This document shows, piece by piece, positions 42,221 to 49,842 of a DNA stretch of 64,000 nucleotides (the first letter of the stretch is position 1; every line of letters begins with the position of its first letter). The DNA is from a virus. Taxonomy: Duplodnaviria; Heunggongvirae; Uroviricota; Caudoviricetes. The notes beneath the pieces were generated by a model. It saw nothing but the letters and a program-made list of their open reading frames with translations, had not been told where the DNA came from and ran no database searches. The stretch spans positions 194,432 through 258,431 of IMG/VR virus record IMGVR_UViG_3300044878_000087; one strand, given 5' to 3'. The position numbers and the translations under genes are program-made.

Positions 42221-42934
42221 ATGGAGCTGAAGCGTAACGCAGCCCGTGTATTCGAACACCTACATCGTCAAGAGAATGGGAGCACCGTAACTGATGCTCC
42301 CTGCAAGATTCATGTACCCGTACGATTTCAGAATAAGGACCTAGCGATCCTAGGTTCTGAAGTCTTTATCGTTGGGTTCTATGCGATCATCATAAACGAC
42401 GAATACTACGGTGTTGACAACACGATTGCAATGATGCAGATCCGTCCGAGTTCCACCAAGAAGATCACGGTTCGTGGCACTGATTACATTGAGTTCTCTT
42501 TTGAGCCAGGTGATGTAGTGTTCGTGAACAACCACCTCGTAGTGAACGATACCTTGACTTATTACCTTTACGACGAAATGGTCGCGAAGGGAAATATTCC
42601 TTGGTATATGAACTACTACGACATGGCCAAGATGTTTGAGACCGCGTATCATCACGCTGGTGTTAACTTGGGTTCCCGTGCTATTCTGGAACTTATTATC
42701 TCGACGACTGCTCGTGATAAAGATGACCTGACTCGACTGTACCGTCACATTCTTAATAAACATGACGACGTTGTACTCAATCCACCGAAAGTCATTCCTT
42801 TCCGCTCGGTAGTTTGGAACACCTCCGATACTACTAGTCGATTGAACGGTGCTTACTTCCCTGACGCTATCAACACTGCCGTCGTGAACCCTAGTGAGTC
42901 CGTAGAACTGATTGAAGAAATCCTCCGTACATAA
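42221..42934 (+). CDS. virion protein (phiKZ gp176-like)
   Basis: 237 aa; synteny. Confidence 0.75.
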   Translation: MELKRNAARVFEHLHRQENGSTVTDAPCKIHVPVRFQNKDLAILGSEVFIVGFYAIIINDEYYGVDNTIAMMQIRPSSTKKITVRGTDYIEFSFEPGDVVFVNNHLVVNDTLTYYLYDEMVAKGNIPWYMNYYDMAKMFETAYHHAGVNLGSRAILELIISTTARDKDDLTRLYRHILNKHDDVVLNPPKVIPFRSVVWNTSDTTSRLNGAYFPDAINTAVVNPSESVELIEEILRT

Positions 42935-42945
42935 GGAACACCATC

Positions 42946-43773
42946 ATGGGCGCAGCTCAAGATCTATTTGGTGTCCAGAAGCAAGCCGGTAACCAAGTTC
43001 GTATTAGCGGTAGTCTCCTGACTGCCGGTGGTAAGAAGGGTGTACTGACTCCTGACGCAGATGGGTATTACACTCTCTGCGTTGGTGCTTATGGCACTCA
43101 CAACTCTGCCGGTATGTTTTACGATGCCGCTTCCGGTGTTTCGATGTTCGAACCCGGTTCTCCATTAATGCGTCGCTTGCTCAAGCAAGTGCTGTACATG
43201 GAGTTCAAACATCCTGAGCCCTGGGAATGGGTTCTGAAAGACGGTGAGAAATGTAAACGTTACATGGATGACCGTGAATACCTTAACCGTATTCGTAAGA
43301 TCGATGATGATCGCGTTTGTGCACACATCCGTGCCTTGACGATCATTGATGGTAAAGATGAGAATGGTCGTCCTTGCAAACTGGTTATCGCTGAGGTTCG
43401 TCCTCATGGTCCGTTTGCTAAAGTGTTCGAAGACTCGATCACTAACCCACATATCAACACTTATTGTTCCGTACGTTCGATCACACAAGACGACGTAATG
43501 CGTGGCATCAAGTACACTCGTGAAATCTCTACTTGGGACTTCGTTGGTGAAGGTGGTATCTACGTAGCTGGCAAGCATAACTCTCCTGCTCTGGAATCTT
43601 TCCAAGAAACTGAGATGGTTATCAACCCGACTACTCTGTGGGGCATGCAAGATGAAGCCGAGAAGCGTAAAGCTCAAGGTCTAGAGTCTGCTGATCACTT
43701 GGACGTATCTGACCTGATCAAGAATCTAGGTTGGGAACGTCGGCCTGCGGTGCGTCGTCCTCGCTGGATGTAA
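42946..43773 (+). CDS. prohead (head maturation) serine protease (phiKZ gp175-like)
   Basis: YMEFKHP (His), CSVRSIT (Ser), TWDFVGEGG; C-terminal ALE-S possible autocleavage site; synteny. Confidence 0.85.
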   Translation: MGAAQDLFGVQKQAGNQVRISGSLLTAGGKKGVLTPDADGYYTLCVGAYGTHNSAGMFYDAASGVSMFEPGSPLMRRLLKQVLYMEFKHPEPWEWVLKDGEKCKRYMDDREYLNRIRKIDDDRVCAHIRALTIIDGKDENGRPCKLVIAEVRPHGPFAKVFEDSITNPHINTYCSVRSITQDDVMRGIKYTREISTWDFVGEGGIYVAGKHNSPALESFQETEMVINPTTLWGMQDEAEKRKAQGLESADHLDVSDLIKNLGWERRPAVRRPRWM

Positions 43774-43792
43774 CAAAAAAAAACAGCATTTG

Positions 43793-43814
43793 TGGCTACC
43801 CCGAAGGGTAGCCA
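43793..43814. terminator. terminator between convergent genes
   Basis: TGGCTACCC-CGAA-GGGTAGCCA; long T-run on minus. Confidence 0.85.
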
Positions 43815-43822
43815 ATTTGCCG

Positions 43823-44089
43823 TCATGCCACGAAGAGCAGATCGTGAGCAACTTCGTCAATAACGCCAGCTACAATGCCGCAGCCGTAGTTATTGAGAGT
43901 GGTGGAACCTTTACGTGTTTTGGTATCGTAACAGAGAACCTTACGACCTTTATCGACCACAGTGAAGATCCGGGTCGAAGAATCGTACGAGACTTTGTTC
44001 AAGCCTTTCTCGATATCAAAACCATTTACTGCTTGTGGCTTGCTGATCAGCATGTGAATTACATCAGCTACTTTTGCAAAGTTACCCAT
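43823..44089 (-). CDS. hypothetical protein
   Basis: 88-aa ORF with GGAG RBS. Confidence 0.75.
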   Translation of the reverse strand: MGNFAKVADVIHMLISKPQAVNGFDIEKGLNKVSYDSSTRIFTVVDKGRKVLCYDTKTRKGSTTLNNYGCGIVAGVIDEVAHDLLFVA

Positions 44090-44150
44090 TTAAAACTCCG
44101 TGTATACAGGGATATAAAAGGCTACCCGAATGGATAGCCCCTTGGTGTTA

Positions 44151-44525
44151 TTAATGCATTACATTTTCTGGAGGAAACCCATTCTCAGTTGCATACGTCT
44201 CTAAGTACTTATGTACAAAGGTTGTAAGCTTACCGAGTGCTTCAATGTGCATCTCCATAGAGCCAAGCGTACCCATTGCATCTATTACATGGCTGTGGTA
44301 TGCATTGTCTTTATACAAGGCAATGAACCGCACTGTGCCACCGCCTTGCCCTACCTTTACAGTAAAGGCTAAGCCAATGTCGCCAGGCCAACGGTTAACC
44401 AGGGATGTTGTTACATCGTCATCCCGTACGACTGATTCATGAGCTTCCGCAGTCATCCACGTACCGTAGACTTCAGCCAAAGCATCAAATTGTTTACCGA
44501 TCAGCTTGTACGCCAATGGAGTCAT
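44151..44525 (-). CDS. hypothetical early protein (start reassigned to MTPLAYK)
   Basis: The early promoter sits only 5 nt from the ORF-track start, so ATG 44525 is preferred. Confidence 0.7.
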   Translation of the reverse strand: MTPLAYKLIGKQFDALAEVYGTWMTAEAHESVVRDDDVTTSLVNRWPGDIGLAFTVKVGQGGGTVRFIALYKDNAYHSHVIDAMGTLGSMEMHIEALGKLTTFVHKYLETYATENGFPPENVMH

Positions 44526-44559
44526 TTTAATAGCCTTAATGTGGGTTAGATTCACGTTT

Positions 44560-44567
44560 GTAATATA
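44560..44567 (-). promoter_or_regulatory. early promoter (TATATTAC)
   Basis: GAATTAAAAGCCTATATTAC. Confidence 0.75.
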
Positions 44568-44596
44568 GGCTTTTAATTCGTTTCAATGCGGCATAA

Positions 44597-44616
44597 AGCC
44601 TCCCCGTAGGGAAGCT
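44597..44616 (-). terminator. terminator with cUACGg loop
   Basis: AGCTTCCC-TACG-GGGAGGCT then TTATG. Confidence 0.8.
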
Positions 44617-45658
44617 ATGCAGTTGTGGTCAACGGGTACATGGTATTAACTAGTTCTTCAACCCGTGCAGGGCTATAGAACGGAGCTGTAAGAATAGCAT
44701 CCCGGTAGGTATGGCTACTCAGGAACAACGTCACAGCATTCTCTGAGGCTGTTGCGAGTGTGCCTAAGTTCCATACGGGTGTATTACCGCGAGTAGTCCA
44801 GAACCAATCAGGTTTCAGCTTATTCATCAGTTGTACAAGCTTGGCTAGCTGTGCCGGATAGTCTGCTACAGTAACACCTTCGACGAATGCGAAGTTCGAT
44901 AGTACCTTATTTGCAAAGTCTGGAGTGTTAGCATTAAGAGCATTAGCCCCGATGTTCAGTGTACCGTCTTTGTTCATTACGTTTGCATAGGCCAACAATA
45001 CATCCAGAGAGCTAGATGAGCTGATCCGGCTAGCAGAACGTTTAATCACGGTGTACTTGGTACGGTCAGGTTGATCTTTGAGTACGGTGTCAACTAGGGT
45101 CGGAATACCCCATGCAGATACTTCCTCAATCACACCTCGCAAGATAGCCGCTTCTGCACCTAGATCGAATAGCTTCAAGCTAGGGTTATCTGTTAGGTCA
45201 GAAATAAAGCCGACCATTGCACTAACTTGGTTATAGCCACCACTCTTGAACGAGTCAATTACCTGACGACCATCACCAACCATCAATTCTACGCCACGAG
45301 CAACATCGGTTGCCGTCTTCACGTAGTTAGTAGGCTTGTCAGTCCCTGTAAGCTCACCCATGATCAGCTTTTCAGTAGTACTGGCAATCTTAGTAATATC
45401 GTTACGAGAGCCCTTCAGCGCGCCCTGAACGCGTCGTACAGCAGAAGGCAGGTCGATCGTATCAGTACGGAGTTTCTCACCGATACCTTTAGCGATACCG
45501 ACAGTCTTATCGAACACACCACCTAGTCCTGAGGAAAAGGATGTAATCTTGGATGACAGTGATGTACGGAGATCGGATGAAGTTTCACCGTAAGCGTCTA
45601 CTACTTTTGTTTTGTCTTCTGGTGAGCCCAGAAATGACGGGAGTGCAATGGCGGCCAT
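44615..45658 (-). CDS. virion structural protein (phiKZ gp174-like)
   Basis: 347 aa; AAGGT RBS; synteny from recall. Confidence 0.7.
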   Translation of the reverse strand: MAAIALPSFLGSPEDKTKVVDAYGETSSDLRTSLSSKITSFSSGLGGVFDKTVGIAKGIGEKLRTDTIDLPSAVRRVQGALKGSRNDITKIASTTEKLIMGELTGTDKPTNYVKTATDVARGVELMVGDGRQVIDSFKSGGYNQVSAMVGFISDLTDNPSLKLFDLGAEAAILRGVIEEVSAWGIPTLVDTVLKDQPDRTKYTVIKRSASRISSSSSLDVLLAYANVMNKDGTLNIGANALNANTPDFANKVLSNFAFVEGVTVADYPAQLAKLVQLMNKLKPDWFWTTRGNTPVWNLGTLATASENAVTLFLSSHTYRDAILTAPFYSPARVEELVNTMYPLTTTA

Positions 45659-45710
45659 GTTTACTTACCTTGAAAAAAAAAATAATGGTTCATAAGATTT
45701 GGCATAAGCA

Positions 45711-45728
45711 GCTCTCCCGAAGGAGAGC
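45711..45728 (-). terminator. UUCG terminator
   Basis: GCTCTCC-TTCG-GGAGAGC. Confidence 0.8.
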
Positions 45729-45740
45729 CACTTTTCAAGG

Positions 45741-46166
45741 TTAGAGAGTTTGAACAACTTCCATTACAATGCTACGCCATTCTTGGTCAGCAGGAGAATC
45801 GCCTTCCGTAACTACTTCCGTCTTACGGTTGGCAATCAACTTGACCATAGGGCGCTTAGAGATATCACGCATCAATGCACCTTTCATGATATCTTTCAGG
45901 CCCTGGACAAACACATATGCAGCTTGTTTCTGATGAAGCTTATCGAATTCGTGTGGATAGACAGCACGCAGCCACGCTGGCTCTGAAGAACCAGTAATCA
46001 GATACATACGTAGACCACGGTACGTACGGAAGTTCAAACCTGTTGCTGTTTGTTTTGGGGTTTGGTTATCAACCGAGAATGGGTTATCACGGGAGATATT
46101 GCTCAGGTTCAGAACTGTATGCATTACGCGATCTCGCTGTACGGATTTTCGATAGTGGCAGACCAT
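45741..46166 (-). CDS. hypothetical protein
   Basis: 141-aa ORF; start uncertain. Confidence 0.7.
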   Translation of the reverse strand: MVCHYRKSVQRDRVMHTVLNLSNISRDNPFSVDNQTPKQTATGLNFRTYRGLRMYLITGSSEPAWLRAVYPHEFDKLHQKQAAYVFVQGLKDIMKGALMRDISKRPMVKLIANRKTEVVTEGDSPADQEWRSIVMEVVQTL

Positions 46167-46882
46167 TCTTGATCAGGCATGCTGATCAACAAGTGTGGAT
46201 CATCTGTCCACTTCAACTTCAGGGTATATACTTCTTTTTGTGGTTTCAACAACAGGATGCCACGCCGGAATACGTTCCACGAAAGCTTTCCATCCAGAAG
46301 CGCTCGTTTCATCATGCTGATTGTAGAGTTAAGTTCCGACTTCTTAACACCAACATTGTTAACTGGATTGTCTGAATACTCTTGGAATAATTGCTCCCAC
46401 TGGATCTCATCGATGTTTTCTTTAGCGATGATGTGCCGGAACAAATACGCCAGAGTAGAAACTGGTTTCTTGGCTTTGCTGAATACGTTACAACCATCGT
46501 ACGTGAAGACTTCCTTATAGTGCAGACGTTCATCTGCAGCTGGGTCAATCACGATCTCGTATGATGTGCTACTTCCGTCCCGCCAGGTATAATCCATCAC
46601 CAACTTTGCTTCCATTGGTGAGAGGAAATCCATCGCCTTCTTAAAGCCACCCCATGGCAAGTCATCATTCAACAATGCCTTGTTGAGATTACCCTTATCG
46701 GGTTTCTCTTGGTTATGTGGTTTCTCGAAGTACGCAGTCAGTCGCTTGTTCCAAACGATCTGATTCACACGACGCCAGAGCAATACTTCTCGGAACAAGA
46801 AGCACAGAACACCCTGAGCACGGTTTTTACCTTTGAGCGGATCGGTCAGTAGATCTTTTACGGATTCCATGTTGCTATTCAC
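46124..46882 (-). CDS. hypothetical protein with tandem internal domain duplication
   Basis: Two LFR...W...Y..P.N...ALL...L.W..F...L.P...W.D units. Confidence 0.8.
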   Translation of the reverse strand: MNSNMESVKDLLTDPLKGKNRAQGVLCFLFREVLLWRRVNQIVWNKRLTAYFEKPHNQEKPDKGNLNKALLNDDLPWGGFKKAMDFLSPMEAKLVMDYTWRDGSSTSYEIVIDPAADERLHYKEVFTYDGCNVFSKAKKPVSTLAYLFRHIIAKENIDEIQWEQLFQEYSDNPVNNVGVKKSELNSTISMMKRALLDGKLSWNVFRRGILLLKPQKEVYTLKLKWTDDPHLLISMPDQEWSATIENPYSEIA

Positions 46883-46927
46883 CTACGGTGTATATTGAAA
46901 GGGTTTGATATTGCTAAAACCGTTTTA

Positions 46928-47476
46928 TTAGGACAATACGTCTCCTTTACCGTGAAGGATATCAATGATCAGATCCGACAGCGTATAGATGTCGAAGTAC
47001 ACATGCAGCATCTTTCTTTGCCCATAGGTACCCTCTATTGTTTCCAGGATACCGCAGTGCGCTTGTAGCAGTGAACGCAGTTGTTCCAGACACTCTCTGA
47101 TGTTCAAGTGTCCGTGTACAGGATCGTAGAAGTAATTGTCTAGCTCTACATCTGTTTGATGCATCATGCCAGTACGTGTTACATAATCGATCCGAGAGTC
47201 TTGCTCGTTAGCGATCGCATCATTTGCATCCAACAACAGCTGATGCAATTGTGCAAAGTTCCGATGCCGTAGTTGACCGATATGACCCATCACATCACGG
47301 ATGGCTAAGCTATCCAGTAAGGACATATCAAACAACCGCCAGAATTCTTTCAGTTTGACGGGGTAATCTTCGGGTTTGCAGTACGCCCCGTCGATGCTCT
47401 CGAGGATCTCTGCATATGCTTCTAGCTTAGACGTTAACCGCCATGCTTTGTATTTGTTGATGAACAACGAGAACAT
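46928..47476 (-). CDS. hypothetical protein
   Basis: 182-aa ORF with GGAG RBS. Confidence 0.8.
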   Translation of the reverse strand: MFSLFINKYKAWRLTSKLEAYAEILESIDGAYCKPEDYPVKLKEFWRLFDMSLLDSLAIRDVMGHIGQLRHRNFAQLHQLLLDANDAIANEQDSRIDYVTRTGMMHQTDVELDNYFYDPVHGHLNIRECLEQLRSLLQAHCGILETIEGTYGQRKMLHVYFDIYTLSDLIIDILHGKGDVLS

Positions 47477-47558
47477 CTTATGAACTCCAGAATGCCGTTT
47501 ACGGTATATTGTTAACCTGTCGAGTAAATGTTCACTCGCAAATAATAAGGAATATCAC

Positions 47559-48014
47559 ATGAGTCACGCCGCTCAAGCAATGACCTATGACGAACAACTA
47601 GCTTGGGGCCAAGAAATTCGTGAGACCATCGTTATCGACAAGATGGCGAAAGGTATCGCCCAATGCGATAAGGATGATATTGATATTATCCTCAAGGCTA
47701 CCAAAGACCACACGCAATCGGCTATTGCAGCTAAGCGTAACCAGATCGAGCAAGAAGGCAACAAATCTAACAACGATCTGTTGGGTGCTATGGCTGAGAT
47801 GATTCGTCTGGCCAAGAACAAGAATCCGTTCGAACGGACAGATGATGACCCAGCCGAGGTACCGTCGGGTAAAGCACCAGACGTTAAGCTTGAAGATCTT
47901 GGGAATTTCGAACACGCCCAAGGTGAAGAACACATTGGTGTGGTCAACGAAACTTCAGATCAGTTCCAAGAGCGCATGAAAGCTATTCGTGATGCTCAAG
48001 GCGATGACGCATAA
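47559..48014 (+). CDS. hypothetical acidic protein
   Basis: AAGGA RBS; 151 aa. Confidence 0.8.
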   Translation: MSHAAQAMTYDEQLAWGQEIRETIVIDKMAKGIAQCDKDDIDIILKATKDHTQSAIAAKRNQIEQEGNKSNNDLLGAMAEMIRLAKNKNPFERTDDDPAEVPSGKAPDVKLEDLGNFEHAQGEEHIGVVNETSDQFQERMKAIRDAQGDDA

Positions 48015-48029
48015 AAAGAAAAATACAAC

Positions 48030-48061
48030 CTGCCCCTCTCCTTTTTACGGGAGAGGGGCAG
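48030..48061. terminator. bidirectional terminator, 12-bp stem
   Basis: CTGCCCCTCTCC-TTTTTACG-GGAGAGGGGCAG between convergent genes. Confidence 0.85.
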
Positions 48062-48065
48062 TATG

Positions 48066-48227
48066 TCATTCTGCGTGAGTCGTGTTACCAGGTGCAGGCA
48101 GCAGCAACGGTTCTTTCGGTTCAGCATCCGCTGGGACTTCGGCAGACTCATCATTGGACAGATAGCGGTAAGCGATAGCGCCCAATGCAACAAGACCAGC
48201 GATACCAGCAGCGGTGGACAATTTCAT
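48066..48227 (-). CDS. 53-aa single-pass membrane peptide (MKLSTAAGIAGLVALGAIAYRY...)
   Basis: Hand translation; AGGAG RBS. Confidence 0.7.
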   Translation of the reverse strand: MKLSTAAGIAGLVALGAIAYRYLSNDESAEVPADAEPKEPLLLPAPGNTTHAE

Positions 48228-48251
48228 GCTCTAACTCCTAATTGGTTTTGG

Positions 48252-48419
48252 TTATTTGTTGCGCAGATAATCAACAGCTATCGCAGTGGCTACAACACCA
48301 ACAGCGACATATGCCAGGTGATGCCAGCTTGGATCGGTCTTCTTGATCGTGCGACGATCAATGTTGACTTTACCAGTTTTGGTATTGAGTGAAACCTTGC
48401 CAAACTTGATCGTTGCCAT
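48252..48419 (-). CDS. 55-aa peptide with C-terminal TM segment (MATIKFGK...VAVGVVATAIAV)
   Basis: Hand translation; AGGA RBS; first gene after the early promoter. Confidence 0.7.
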   Translation of the reverse strand: MATIKFGKVSLNTKTGKVNIDRRTIKKTDPSWHHLAYVAVGVVATAIAVDYLRNK

Positions 48420-48457
48420 GATTTAAAATTCCTATCTTCTGGTTATATTCCAAGATA

Positions 48458-48465
48458 GTAATATA
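48458..48465 (-). promoter_or_regulatory. early promoter (TATATTAC)
   Basis: AAAACTATCTGAAGGCTATATTAC. Confidence 0.8.
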
Positions 48466-48489
48466 GCCTTCAGATAGTTTTAAATCACT

Positions 48490-48678
48490 TTAGCGGCCAA
48501 CTGGTGGAACAGGTGCATTGAACACGATACGAACATCGGGTACTGCTACATCGCCAACTTCTGACCAGGTCACAGAGATTGACTGGATCTTATCCAAAAT
48601 CGCAGGATCAGCTGCAAGTGCTCGTTGAGCAGTTTGCGTCAGGAGTGCCAGTTTATCAGTTGATTTGCTATCTACCAT
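48490..48678 (-). CDS. small hypothetical protein
   Basis: 62-aa ORF with GAGG RBS. Confidence 0.7.
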   Translation of the reverse strand: MVDSKSTDKLALLTQTAQRALAADPAILDKIQSISVTWSEVGDVAVPDVRIVFNAPVPPVGR

Positions 48679-48685
48679 TTCAGCC

Positions 48686-49099
48686 TCAGGATTTCAGATT
48701 ACGGATTTCTTGCAGCAGGTAACCATCCCACAAAGGACAGCCACGGAAGTCTTGTGCAGTCAGCTCACCACGTTCACCGATACGATTGTCAGGCAACAAG
48801 AACCGTTGGTAATCCGTGAAGTGTACGGTGTCGCTACCCATCTGCTTGGCACGGTAAACCCATGCTTCGCGTTCATCCAAATAGAAGTGAACTTCCGATT
48901 GGAAGATTTGGGTGTGATCTTCTTTGTTGCAATAGTCAACCTTCACAGCGAAGAACCATTGATCTTGGTTCATCGAGTTATCATTAGAACATAGCCACAG
49001 AGAGATCAAGAGATCTGCTTGTTCCGTACGCATTATCCCAGTGTGGGCTTTTGGTGTACGGTGTTCAGGCAGTGTTTCTTTGAAGTAATCGCGTTCCAT
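48686..49099 (-). CDS. hypothetical early protein
   Basis: 137-aa ORF after the early promoter; AGGT RBS. Confidence 0.8.
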   Translation of the reverse strand: MERDYFKETLPEHRTPKAHTGIMRTEQADLLISLWLCSNDNSMNQDQWFFAVKVDYCNKEDHTQIFQSEVHFYLDEREAWVYRAKQMGSDTVHFTDYQRFLLPDNRIGERGELTAQDFRGCPLWDGYLLQEIRNLKS

Positions 49100-49139
49100 T
49101 ATTACCTACATTATCTTTCGTTGTCTATATACCACAACA

Positions 49140-49147
49140 GTAATATA
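49140..49147 (-). promoter_or_regulatory. early promoter (TATATTAC)
   Basis: AAAATCTCAGATCTATATTAC. Confidence 0.8.
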
Positions 49148-49166
49148 GATCTGAGATTTTATGGAG

Positions 49167-49799
49167 TTACTCTAGAAGTAACCAGTCTTTAAACTTAGGG
49201 CTATCACCACGACAGCGGCGCATCAATGTTGATAGAGAGCACCCATTGATGACAGCTGCCTCAGTACCACTATCGTAAATGATACCGACAATACTAACTG
49301 ACTTCATTAGTGACTTGGCAATATTGTCACAGTGTTCAGAAGTCCTATTCATTTTGCGTCCTTTGTTGGCCAGGGAAACCTTGAGCTTAGTTTCCTCACT
49401 GTGGTGCTGTCCTGTTCTGGCAAGTGCAATTCTTCGGCAAGTCTCTTCGGAACGTTTCATTCCTTTTAGTCCACGATCAGAATTACGAATTTTCTCTTTA
49501 GTTTCGTCAGCCATTGGTCTACCACTATGTAATGTATTACTTAGTAGTGGACTATGTCCTAAAAGACCAATGAGTTCTTGTTCTGCTTTACGTGCTTGAT
49601 CCAATGTATCAAATGGAATTATGCTTATTGCTAAGCACTGATCTGTGCTGTATACCTCTTGTAATTTCTTTGCATGGTGAATGCCATGATTAAGCCGATG
49701 TTGGTGCATTTTCATGCGTCGTTCAACGTTAATACTACTACCGATGTAAAACACACCAGTAGCAGTATGACTAAGTATGTATAATCCTAACTCTGTCAT
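49167..49799 (-). mobile_element. free-standing GIY-YIG homing endonuclease
   Basis: GLYILSH...FYIGSS..R...H; KGMKRSEET and GQHHSEETK NUMOD3 repeats; C-terminal HTH-like module; AT-rich. Confidence 0.9.
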
Positions 49800-49817
49800 T
49801 TCTATCTCCTATATAAG

Positions 49818-49839
49818 ATAGTGGGGATTTCCCCACTAT
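49818..49839 (-). terminator. hairpin immediately after the sbcC-like stop
   Basis: ATAGTGGGG-AAAT-CCCCACTAT; weak T-tail. Confidence 0.55.
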
Positions 49840-49842
49840 TCA

